Made by a program: the position numbers and the translations under genes. Positions 27,191 to 35,203 of a stretch of 37,899 nt of DNA are shown in pieces. The notes under the pieces are model-generated. The model was not told the origin of the DNA. It searched no databases and saw only the letters and a list, made by a program, of their open reading frames with translations. Within the stretch, counting starts at the first letter, position 1. Each line of letters begins with the position of its first letter. Source of the stretch: a virus (taxonomy: Duplodnaviria; Caudoviricetes); the IMG/VR virus record IMGVR_UViG_3300019874_000016, positions 1 through 37,899 of that record; one strand, 5' to 3'.

Positions 27191-28671
27191 TGGTAACTTG
27201 GAATAATGCTATTAACGCTAGACAGCAGGGTACGCAATATCAATCATCTTCGGGCGCGTGGAGCGGTGTAGATGCTTCTACGGCGGGATTTGTACTTACC
27301 AGCAATGGTACGGGTGTATCTCCAACCTTTCAGTCAGCAGCAGGAGGTACTTACTATAGCTTAACTCCTTATATTGTAGGTTCAGATGCTCATAGCCAAT
27401 ATTCAACTATCCAAACGGCGATCGATCAAGCTGTCATAGATGGAGCAAGTAACACTGTTCTTAAGGTGATTTACATTAAGCCAGGCATATATACAGAAAA
27501 CCTTACGGTGCCAGCCGGTATAGTCCTATATGGAACAAGTGCAGCTAATCCATTTTCTGCTAATCAGACGATGCCAGTTATTTTGGTAGGTCATATCCTA
27601 TTCGATAATAGTGCAGCTGATATTCAGAATGCGCAAGTTCTTAATATGGAAATTAGTAGTGCAGCTTCTTATTGTGTGCACTTCACTACACCAGTATCAT
27701 CTTTTGCTGGAATCGTTTTCACTAATGTGCTGTTTAATGCAGCATACTTCTTTAATACTCAAAGCTTTTCTATTTCAGTACAATTATATGCATGTTATTT
27801 AAACATCACCTCTAACTTATCAGCAACAGCCAGCGCAGGGATAAGCTATATAGAGGGATGGGATTGTATTGTTATTTTACCAACCATTACCATTTCTGGA
27901 TCGTATAGCTTCGATTTGACTTTCCTAAAATGTCATATCACTAGCTCTTTAGGGGGAGTTACCGGAACCACTTCAGGGGTTCTATCTGTTAATTTTGAGG
28001 CAGAGCATGATAGGTCATACAGTCTAGGAATCTCCAACCCAATTGATGTAGTGTGCTCACAGTTTTACTTTACAGCTATTGGTCTAGATCTTTTTCTAGC
28101 CGGTGGAGTTACTATTAGCCCGGTAGGTACAAATACACTATTTCTACAGGATTGCTTCATAAACCCTGTAGATGGACAAACGTTTATATCTGATATATTT
28201 ACTACATTCGGAAGCTCAACAACTATTTTAAACACAGAAATTCAAGATGCTCTTCCAGATGTGATAAATAAGTATGGTTCATATAATTTAAGCGGAACGC
28301 CTGTAGCTTTTAATTACTCTGAAGTGTGCGAGGTTCAGTCGTATGTACAGACCACAAATGCTACAGTTACCACCATAGCTTCTATTCCTATAAAGGCTAA
28401 TCAGAGCATTATTGTCTCTGGAACGGTTATAGGACAGAACTCTACATTCACAGATACTACATCGTCCCTAATATTGGCTACGGCCCATAATACTGCTGGT
28501 ACGGTTGCAACGGTTGGTGTTCCTGTGGTTACCCCTTTATCTACATCTACGGGATTGGTAACTATATCAGTATCAGGAGCAAACCTATTGATTAGGGTTA
28601 CTGGCATACTAGCTACAACATACAACTGGACATGTAATCTAACATATCAAGGGATCATAAACCAATCATGA
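27190..28671 (+). CDS. Tailspike with pectin-lyase-like beta-helix
   Basis: YSTIQTAIDQA...VIYIKPGIYTENLTVPAGIVLYG; WNNA N-terminal motif. Confidence 0.75.
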   Translation: MVTWNNAINARQQGTQYQSSSGAWSGVDASTAGFVLTSNGTGVSPTFQSAAGGTYYSLTPYIVGSDAHSQYSTIQTAIDQAVIDGASNTVLKVIYIKPGIYTENLTVPAGIVLYGTSAANPFSANQTMPVILVGHILFDNSAADIQNAQVLNMEISSAASYCVHFTTPVSSFAGIVFTNVLFNAAYFFNTQSFSISVQLYACYLNITSNLSATASAGISYIEGWDCIVILPTITISGSYSFDLTFLKCHITSSLGGVTGTTSGVLSVNFEAEHDRSYSLGISNPIDVVCSQFYFTAIGLDLFLAGGVTISPVGTNTLFLQDCFINPVDGQTFISDIFTTFGSSTTILNTEIQDALPDVINKYGSYNLSGTPVAFNYSEVCEVQSYVQTTNATVTTIASIPIKANQSIIVSGTVIGQNSTFTDTTSSLILATAHNTAGTVATVGVPVVTPLSTSTGLVTISVSGANLLIRVTGILATTYNWTCNLTYQGIINQS

Positions 28672-28808
28672 CCCTAATAATCCTAACATCTATTATCTTG
28701 GCCACATCATGCTCATACATGAAGGCTCATCCTGCCGTAGAGAAAGAGGTGATCGATGTTGTTGAAGAGGTTGTAGAGAGTGTTATTGAGGGCGAGTTGA
28801 AGAAGTAA
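28668..28808 (+). CDS. 46-aa putative lipoprotein, last late gene
   Basis: MTLIILTSIILATSC|SYMKAHPAVEKEVIDVVEEVVESVIEGELKK; lipobox-like ATSC; ATGA overlap. Confidence 0.6.
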   Translation: MTLIILTSIILATSCSYMKAHPAVEKEVIDVVEEVVESVIEGELKK

Positions 28809-28924
28809 CAAGGCATAGGTTGGATTTACACCAACGGACGAGAATTTGTCACAAAAGTGGTTTGTTCTGACGTATGCGCTGTCATGCGACTGCCTCCATA
28901 TTTGGCATCTCTGCAATGATAAGT

Positions 28925-28996
28925 TTATGAATATATCATAATAAGAGCAAAGCAAATAAAACCAACACAAAGAAAAACACACATGGGCCAAGTCAT
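28925..28996 (-). CDS. 23-aa hydrophobic peptide
   Basis: MTWPMCVFLCVGFICFALIMIYS; ATGA overlap, SD GAGAGG. Confidence 0.4.
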   Translation of the reverse strand: MTWPMCVFLCVGFICFALIMIYS

Positions 28997-29241
28997 GCCA
29001 TCCTCTCGATGTCATCCCTAGTTCTTTCCTGCGCTCTATCTACTGGCTCAGGAGCATATCTTTCTCTATCATAATGTCTTTCCTGATCAAACTGTATCTC
29101 CACCTCAGGCTTGCATATCTCTATGTCTAGTGTATAAGAGAATAGCTTTCCTACAGATATTAGGATAATCGCGGCAGCAAGGGCCATAATTCTTAAGTGC
29201 TGGTATCTTTCATAGAATTTAATCATACATACTCGGGTCAA
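28993..29241 (-). CDS. Hypothetical single-TM protein
   Basis: IMALAAAIILISVG segment. Confidence 0.55.
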   Translation of the reverse strand: MTRVCMIKFYERYQHLRIMALAAAIILISVGKLFSYTLDIEICKPEVEIQFDQERHYDRERYAPEPVDRAQERTRDDIERMA

Positions 29242-29545
29242 ATTTTTTATCTGTCTTTACTAATCGAAGCCAGTACTCATGTCCCTTTTGAGCTGCATCC
29301 CTGGATTCATAGGTTTCAACAACCCCTTTGCCATTATGATTAGATATATAAGTTTCATGCAATCCTGTGCTAACTAGGAATATCGTGGATACTAGATAGT
29401 CAGTACATTCATCCCTTTTTATCTGGACAACATAAGGCTTTAGATATTCATCAATCTTTTCCTTACTCAGATTAGGGGGACAGTTATCTAAGACATCTAT
29501 CTTAGATTTTAAGTTTTTTCTTTTTAATGACTTTTTCCTTTCCAT
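29219..29545 (-). CDS. Hypothetical protein
   Basis: VSTIFL...ET.I.......Y....A..GH pattern seen in small phage proteins. Confidence 0.6.
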   Translation of the reverse strand: MERKKSLKRKNLKSKIDVLDNCPPNLSKEKIDEYLKPYVVQIKRDECTDYLVSTIFLVSTGLHETYISNHNGKGVVETYESRDAAQKGHEYWLRLVKTDKKFDPSMYD

Positions 29546-29691
29546 TTATCTTTTCCAGATCGATTGATGTGAATTGTCGTATTTCTTTATTGTACTTTAT
29601 ATTGATCGGAGGATTTGTTGGAATATATTTCTCATTTACGTGAGATGCGTTGATGCAAAGGGTATTTTGGCCTTTAATGGTTATGCATATG

Positions 29692-30033
29692 TCAGTCGTT
29701 GGATTGCCTTTCTTTGCATAATTTTTTCCAACAAATTTCTTTATACCTAGATTTTTCCATAAGTCCGACTTTCAAAGAAAACAAATTTTCATTTGGAGTG
29801 AATGATAGTTCAGGCATCGTAAATAGAAATTTTTTTCCATATATTTTTTTTATCGCTTTCATATTTGAGCATGCTAGTTGCGTGGCATTATGCAGCCCCA
29901 TGTTATCAATTTCTAAGCAAAATGTTCCTACTATATTAAATGTTATTTTTAAAAAAATATCAGGCATTACAGTATAATCAATTAAATATGTAATTTTACA
30001 TGAATCCTGCAACGCCTTCTGAAAATAATTCAT
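29692..30033 (-). CDS. Hypothetical protein
   Basis: 113-aa ORF divergent from the integrase. Confidence 0.5.
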   Translation of the reverse strand: MNYFQKALQDSCKITYLIDYTVMPDIFLKITFNIVGTFCLEIDNMGLHNATQLACSNMKAIKKIYGKKFLFTMPELSFTPNENLFSLKVGLMEKSRYKEICWKKLCKERQSND

Positions 30034-30253
30034 AACTAACTTAAATTAAGTGTATGTGTTTATTCATTTTAATAACCTAAATTCCATACCATGCACTTAC
30101 CCAATAGCAAATTATTGTTTTATACATATTGATAAATAAGCATCTAACTTTATGTCCATGCATCATAAGCTGGATATTAAATATACGTAAAGTGTAAAAT
30201 ACCCAAACTAGATTTAAAAATTCATAACATAACAATACAAAATTTGGATAAAT

Positions 30254-31318
30254 ATGGGATATGCAGAAAAAAGAATTACTAAGGACGGAAAGATTAGGTA
30301 TCGCATGCACGTCAACCTAAAAGGTCATCCTCATGCAACAGCAACCTTTGGAAAAATGTCAGAAGGTAAAATTTGGGTAGAAAGAGTGCAAGCGGAGATG
30401 AGAAGTAATAAATACTTTAAAAAACCTGAGGCAGAGAAAAGATACCTTTATCAATTAATAGATAGATATATAGATGAAATTATGCCTACTAAGCCCAAGA
30501 GTGCTCCTAATCAGGTTCAACAGTTAAAGGAGATAAGACAGGAAATAGGTCATCTAAGGGTTAGTGATGTGACTCCTGCTATTCTTTGCAAGCTTAGAGA
30601 TGATCTATTAAAAGTTTATACCCCTAGAGGCGGAACAAGAAGCAACGCTACTGTTGTAAGATATCTTTCCATTCTATCTCATGTATTTATCATCGCTAAC
30701 AAAGAATGGCAGTGGATGGATGAAAGTCCTATGGACAGAGTAAAAAGACCTAAAGAGCCTAGAGGAAGAGTAAAATATCTAAATGCAAAAGAAAGAGCTA
30801 TAATGCTTGATGAATGTAAGAAGCATGAAATTAAATGCATATATCCAGTTGTAATAGTTGCTTTAGCTACTGGAATGAGAAAGAATGAAATATTAAGGCT
30901 TAGATGGGAAGATGTTGACTTAGATAGGGGAAAGATTATTATTCAGGAATCAAAGAACGGATATAAAAGATCGCTTGCTTTAACAGGAAAGGCCAAAGAA
31001 GTCATGATTGAATGGCATTCTGGCATTACTGTATTTTCAGAACTTGTGTTTCCATCTCTAAGAGATCCACAGAATAAGCCGCAGAAAGTATGTGAAAAGT
31101 TTAGGGGTATAGTGCGTAGGCTCGGTATGAAAGACTTCAGATTTCACGACTTGAGACATTGTGCAGCAAGTGAACTGGCAATGACTGGAGCTACGCTTTT
31201 AGAGATCTCCCATATATTGGGTCACAGAAACCATACTACAGCTTTAAGGTATGCGCACTTTGCAGACAATCACTCCGATTCAGTGATCGACAGAATGAAC
31301 AAAAGAATGTTTGCATAA
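30254..31318 (+). CDS. int: Tyrosine integrase / site-specific recombinase
   Basis: TGMRKNEI (R), K, RFHDLRH (HxxR), LGH and RYAH (Y) catalytic residues intact; N-terminal arm-binding domain. Confidence 0.95.
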   Translation: MGYAEKRITKDGKIRYRMHVNLKGHPHATATFGKMSEGKIWVERVQAEMRSNKYFKKPEAEKRYLYQLIDRYIDEIMPTKPKSAPNQVQQLKEIRQEIGHLRVSDVTPAILCKLRDDLLKVYTPRGGTRSNATVVRYLSILSHVFIIANKEWQWMDESPMDRVKRPKEPRGRVKYLNAKERAIMLDECKKHEIKCIYPVVIVALATGMRKNEILRLRWEDVDLDRGKIIIQESKNGYKRSLALTGKAKEVMIEWHSGITVFSELVFPSLRDPQNKPQKVCEKFRGIVRRLGMKDFRFHDLRHCAASELAMTGATLLEISHILGHRNHTTALRYAHFADNHSDSVIDRMNKRMFA

Positions 31319-31345
31319 ATTCTAATCATGCAATATATAAAAGAC

Positions 31346-31438
31346 ATGAAAGAGTTAGTCTTTATCTTTTTAGTTGGGCTAGGAGCATTGTTCCTAACAA
31401 TGTTCTTAGCTCTTCTATTTACAAAGAAAAACTGTTAG
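31346..31438 (+). CDS. 30-aa hydrophobic peptide
   Basis: MKELVFIFLVGLGALFLTMFLALLFTKKNC; TTGCAT-17 nt-TATATA just upstream. Confidence 0.4.
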   Translation: MKELVFIFLVGLGALFLTMFLALLFTKKNC

Positions 31439-31746
31439 AATATTCTACTTTCGCAATCATCCACTTCTAATTTTAGAACATTGAATGTAGATGTTTTATC
31501 ATCCCTAAGAACTTCCATAATATGTATGACAGACTCAGTTGATGACTTTATAGCATCGCTATCGATGATTACTGATATGTCTAATCTGTATCTTCCCATG
31601 TGATCCTTTGTTTTTGTTTCTAAGGGGGTATTTTTCATCCAAACTGGCAAAGGCCTATCCTTTGCTGGGATAAACTCTTTAGGGGCTTTAAACCCTAAAA
31701 GAAACGCATCTTTGCACTTTCTATTCATGAAGGTAGTCATACTCAC
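31435..31746 (-). CDS. Hypothetical protein
   Basis: End of the leftward early operon. Confidence 0.55.
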   Translation of the reverse strand: MSMTTFMNRKCKDAFLLGFKAPKEFIPAKDRPLPVWMKNTPLETKTKDHMGRYRLDISVIIDSDAIKSSTESVIHIMEVLRDDKTSTFNVLKLEVDDCESRIF

Positions 31747-31921
31747 CCGTATTTGCTTTTATGTTTACCCGGATAAGGGCTTCTAGTGTGTCTGCATGCC
31801 ATGATGCATACTCCTCTGGCTGCATATTTATTGGATCGTAAAACTTAGATATTCTTTCAGCTGCATCAATGATGATTCTGGAAACAGCAATTCCTGGGAA
31901 TTTTGAGTCTTCATTTTCCAT
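31721..31921 (-). CDS. Hypothetical protein
   Basis: Overlap-coupled ORF. Confidence 0.55.
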   Translation of the reverse strand: MENEDSKFPGIAVSRIIIDAAERISKFYDPINMQPEEYASWHADTLEALIRVNIKANTGEYDYLHE

Positions 31922-32078
31922 GTCTATCCTGGCATAAGGTTTCTAGATATTCTATCTTGTCTTTCAGAAGCTTATTGTATTCGTTTAATTGACAGATGGC
32001 CATACATAAGTTTCGATCGACCTGGACAAGGCCTAATAAGATGTCTCTGAGGGTTTTATCTGGTAGTTCAGTATCCAT
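31911..32078 (-). CDS. Hypothetical protein (55 aa)
   Basis: MDTELPDKTLRDILLGLVQVDRNLCMAICQLNEYNKLLKDKIEYLETLCQDRHGK; fills a gap in the operon. Confidence 0.55.
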   Translation of the reverse strand: MDTELPDKTLRDILLGLVQVDRNLCMAICQLNEYNKLLKDKIEYLETLCQDRHGK

Positions 32079-32246
32079 CTATTTTTTATCTAGCGGGTTT
32101 ATGATAATCACTACAACTGTCCAGCTTAAAATTTCTTCTTCAGTGAACATTCGTGGAGATTCTTCATATCTTCTAAAAGTTACACCGCATTCATTGTGTT
32201 TATCGGTGTAAACGTAGTCTGTGAAGTTAATTTTTTTGTTTGTCAT
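32079..32246 (-). CDS. Hypothetical protein (55 aa)
   Basis: MTNKKINFTDYVYTDKHNECGVTFRRYEESPRMFTEEEILSW...; ATGA overlap. Confidence 0.55.
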   Translation of the reverse strand: MTNKKINFTDYVYTDKHNECGVTFRRYEESPRMFTEEEILSWTVVVIIINPLDKK

Positions 32247-32530
32247 ATTTCCTCTATATCATAGGTTTTATTTATGTAACCACATTTTGGTTCACCTGCA
32301 GCCCAATCAGTCGATAGCCTTAATATTTTGTAAGCGGTTCTGTTGGACATCTTTCCTCCTCTTACCATAAGGTTCATTTCTGCTTCTTGGATTCTTAGAT
32401 ACATTTGGTGCTTGAATTCCTCTAAATCGAAGTCTGAATCATCCCATTCCGAGCAAAACTTGAAGAATTCTTCTTCTGTTTCAAAGAATTTTCCGTGTGC
32501 GTAAAACTTGTTTTTAGGTTCTTCTTCCAT
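32243..32530 (-). CDS. Hypothetical acidic protein
   Basis: SD AAAGGA. Confidence 0.6.
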   Translation of the reverse strand: MEEEPKNKFYAHGKFFETEEEFFKFCSEWDDSDFDLEEFKHQMYLRIQEAEMNLMVRGGKMSNRTAYKILRLSTDWAAGEPKCGYINKTYDIEEI

Positions 32531-32596
32531 GTTTTCTTTCCTTTGTAAAGTATACTTAGCTTAGGGAGGGGGGTTAAGACAATTCCCAGCCTTTTT

Positions 32597-33172
32597 TTAA
32601 ATTGTTGAGTAAAATTTTTTCCAATCTATGCGATTGCCTTTCTTTTCTTCTATTTTAAGCGTTGCGCCTATGACATAAGAGGGGATGTCTCTTATTTGTT
32701 TTGCCTTTCTCTTGGCCTTCTCTAATGCTGTTTGATAGGAAGATTCAGAGCATAACGAGAGTTTTAGCTTTTGCTCGAACGTAATGCCCAAGCAGGCTAT
32801 GTAATTTGGGAAGATAATCCCCCTCTTTCTCTCTTCTTGTTGTAGAATTCCTTTGAAATATGCCAGTTCTTTGTTGCTAGTATCTTCAAAACCTTCAATA
32901 CCTTTAGGTGTAACCTCTGGTGTAACCTCTACATAGGAGAAAATCTTGTTTTTGGGTTGTAAAAACTTGATGATTCTAGGCCTTCTTTGACCCTGATAAA
33001 CCAGTTGGACTAAACCTATTTTTTTAAAAAGAGCGAGAGTTTCGTTTACGTGCTTTCGGGTACAACCGCATCGATCGGCGATTGTCTTTTGCTTCATGAA
33101 TATTTTTCTGTCGTTTTGAACAAATCCGAAAAGATGATTAAGGATTTTCTTTTGATATTTTGCTAATCTCAT
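32597..33172 (-). CDS. HTH replication initiator-like protein
   Basis: FMKQKTIADRCGCTRKHVNETL..F...GLV winged HTH; central tandem DNA repeat as in lambda O-type genes. Confidence 0.6.
   Translation of the reverse strand: MRLAKYQKKILNHLFGFVQNDRKIFMKQKTIADRCGCTRKHVNETLALFKKIGLVQLVYQGQRRPRIIKFLQPKNKIFSYVEVTPEVTPKGIEGFEDTSNKELAYFKGILQQEERKRGIIFPNYIACLGITFEQKLKLSLCSESSYQTALEKAKRKAKQIRDIPSYVIGATLKIEEKKGNRIDWKKFYSTI
32907..32930. repeat. Tandem 12-bp repeat GGTGTAACCTCT x2 (iteron / origin candidate)
   Basis: Exact duplication inside the initiator-like gene. Confidence 0.45.
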
Positions 33173-33323
33173 CGTCTAGCCTTTCTAGACCGAGTATTTA
33201 CTAGTTGCGATATACTTTTCATTTTAGTATCGTATAATCATGCACGTTTGCATAATCTACGGCATTACCTGTGCTTGTTACACAAGTAAGCATCTCATCA
33301 GCCCCGCTCGATACCGGGGTCTT

Positions 33324-33346
33324 TTCCCCTGGAAAAACCAGGGGAA
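33324..33346. terminator. GC-rich hairpin TTCCCCTGG-AAAAA-CCAGGGGAA
   Basis: Perfect 9-bp stem; the T tract follows on the + strand. Confidence 0.55.
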
Positions 33347-33372
33347 CTTCTTTTTAAAAAGCTTTTACTAAT

Positions 33373-33729
33373 CTACACTTGACTATCTTTTGGGTCAACT
33401 CTTTCTATAATGTCAAGATCTCTTTCAAACATTTTTTTAAATTTATCCACAACAACCTTTGTTGCTGTTTGATGTAGGAATATAATTAAGTTATTCACTT
33501 GGCTTTTGTCGTCAAAACTCACCAGAGGGTAGCTTATTGATTTTTCTTCCTGATAATTCCATCCAGTATAGTGAGGAGGTTTAAAGTGCAGCCGTTTTCC
33601 TCTCTTTTGAACCCTAATTCCCGATAGAGACATGTTAAGGCTTTTTATGTAAACCTTAACAGTTCCCAAATCGTGCTTGTTGATTTTCTCCTTTGCGTGG
33701 GGATAAAAATCTATAAGTGTAAATTCCAT
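33373..33729 (-). CDS. SpoVG-like nucleic-acid-binding protein
   Basis: LGTVKVYI..LNMSLSGIRV.....LHFKPP....YPLVSF pattern. Confidence 0.55.
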   Translation of the reverse strand: MEFTLIDFYPHAKEKINKHDLGTVKVYIKSLNMSLSGIRVQKRGKRLHFKPPHYTGWNYQEEKSISYPLVSFDDKSQVNNLIIFLHQTATKVVVDKFKKMFERDLDIIERVDPKDSQV

Positions 33730-33835
33730 ATTTTCCTTGTCGTTTAAATTACCGTTTTGTCATATTGGAATAGAACATTAAAGGTGTTCTTTTCATATTT
33801 ACCAGTTAAGTTAAGGTTTGCCCCTGAGTTTGCTC

Positions 33836-35113
33836 TTAGGGGCTTTTTAATCCCATTAACTCTTCAAACGCTTCCCTTGTTTGTTGAACATGTACGGAAT
33901 TACCCAAGCACTTAGCTCTGTCCATCCTAAAGGGAACGACATCATCCATTCTAAGAAGCCTGGGTTGGTCTTTAGGCCACGGCTGTTGTTTTTTATATTC
34001 AGAATGCAATTTAAACTTGGACTGTTCCTTCGTCTCTCCGATGGACAATCGGGAGCTTCTCGAGCTGTCAAGGTGGGCAAGACAAAACCATCGCTCTCTA
34101 TTTTGGGGTGATCCAACCTCTTTACAGCTCTTAGTAATCCAACGGCAGCTGTACCCGATGGAGGTAAGCGAGTTAATGACTTCAACTCCTCCATTTGACA
34201 GGATTCCTTTTGTATTTTCGAGGAAAATCCATCTCGGCTTGATTTCTTTGGCCAAGCGTATGATCTCGAAAAATAAGCCGCTTCGCTCTCCCTCCAAGCC
34301 CTTTCCGCTTCCTGCAACGCTAATGTCCTGACATGGTCATTTTCCTCACGGAAACCCAGCGGTAATGATGTCAATTTTGGCATCATAACTGGGTCTCGTG
34401 GGGTCTCCGATTGCAATAGGTTTGTGATGTTTGTGCCATTCGAAATGACATTTTTGACAGAGCCATCTAACTTCAAGTGGCTTATTATAGTCGTCGTGGT
34501 GTCCTTGGATTGCGGTTCTTCCATCTTTAAATCGTTCTGTAGATTGACATTCTGAACATATTTCAGGGTTAATAATCCTTCCATAACGGACTTCATTTTC
34601 AAATGTTTTGGAGGCTCGTTCATCAGCTCTTTTACCTCCTCTGTAAAAATGATTTTCTTCTCCAAATCTTAGATTTGTTCGAGTTATTGGTGGAGTATAT
34701 TTGATATTTTTTTTCTTTAATTCAAGTCGATCTCTCAATTCAATTCTGCGTCGTAATAAATCCCATATAGATTGTCTTGTCACGCCAAAAACATGACCTA
34801 AATCAGCCAAAGACATTCCAGATTCATATCCTTGAATAGCTTGTTCAACCTGTTCTTCTGTCATTTTTTTAAGTTTACCTGCCATAGAATCCTCCTCTAT
34901 TTTTAGAGAGAATATCATTTCCAGGCACTCCTTGTCAAGACTTGTAATGTCAGGCCAAATAGGAGCTTCTTCTAAAGATCCATCTTGCATTCTGGACAAA
35001 AGCACGCCTTGGCAGTATGGGTCAAGCTCACAATAAATTGATGTCCGCACCCATTCTTCAAGAGCCTTGTCGATTCCTCCGATTCCAGAAAAGAGCGAAA
35101 GTCCATTTAACAT
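33836..35113 (-). CDS. C5 cytosine DNA methyltransferase alpha chain, with an in-frame HNH insert and two in-frame TGA inside motif IV (recoded gene or pseudogene)
   Basis: Motif I LSLFSGIGG, II CELD, III DIT, IV AGFP**PCQDIS, VI FLENT, VIII QNRERWF and X KCLGNSV are all in one frame. Confidence 0.85.
33856..34386 (-). CDS. Methyltransferase beta chain in an overlapping frame (motif IX), M.EcoHK31I-like
   Basis: An open alternative frame carries LPTLTA and NPGFLEWMMSFPLGWT; start uncertain (frame open from 34665). Confidence 0.65.
   Translation of the reverse strand: MMPKLTSLPLGFREENDHVRTLALQEAERAWRESEAAYFSRSYAWPKKSSRDGFSSKIQKESCQMEELKSLTRLPPSGTAAVGLLRAVKRLDHPKIESDGFVLPTLTAREAPDCPSERRRNSPSLNCILNIKNNSRGLKTNPGFLEWMMSFPLGWTELSAWVIPYMFNKQGKRLKS
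34346..34885 (-). CDS. HTH + HNH/zinc-finger endonuclease nested in the methyltransferase, with its own RBS
   Basis: SD GAGGAGG before ATG 34885; GMSLADLGHVFGVTRQSIW HTH; CSEC...GHHDDYNKPLEVRWLCQKCHFEWH. Confidence 0.75.
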   Translation of the reverse strand: MAGKLKKMTEEQVEQAIQGYESGMSLADLGHVFGVTRQSIWDLLRRRIELRDRLELKKKNIKYTPPITRTNLRFGEENHFYRGGKRADERASKTFENEVRYGRIINPEICSECQSTERFKDGRTAIQGHHDDYNKPLEVRWLCQKCHFEWHKHHKPIAIGDPTRPSYDAKIDIITAGFP

Positions 35114-35203
35114 TTATCCTCTTTTTTATTGCCTTAAATCACTTAATTTCCTAAGTTTATATACCTATAGGTATTTCTACCCCATGGCGTTGCTGTGGGT
35201 GTT

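Noticed and set aside
34337-34348. Genome-wide TGA reassignment (Trp/Gly) or selenocysteine at the catalytic position
   Set aside because: TGA ends other genes normally (groES, 14984, 26432, 28671, several with ATGA coupling). Readthrough would insert five extra residues into motif IV, and the real Cys codon is present downstream.
34346-34930. Intein in the methyltransferase (CLEM... resembles an intein start)
   Set aside because: No C-terminal His-Asn before a Cys/Ser/Thr and no recognisable splicing blocks.
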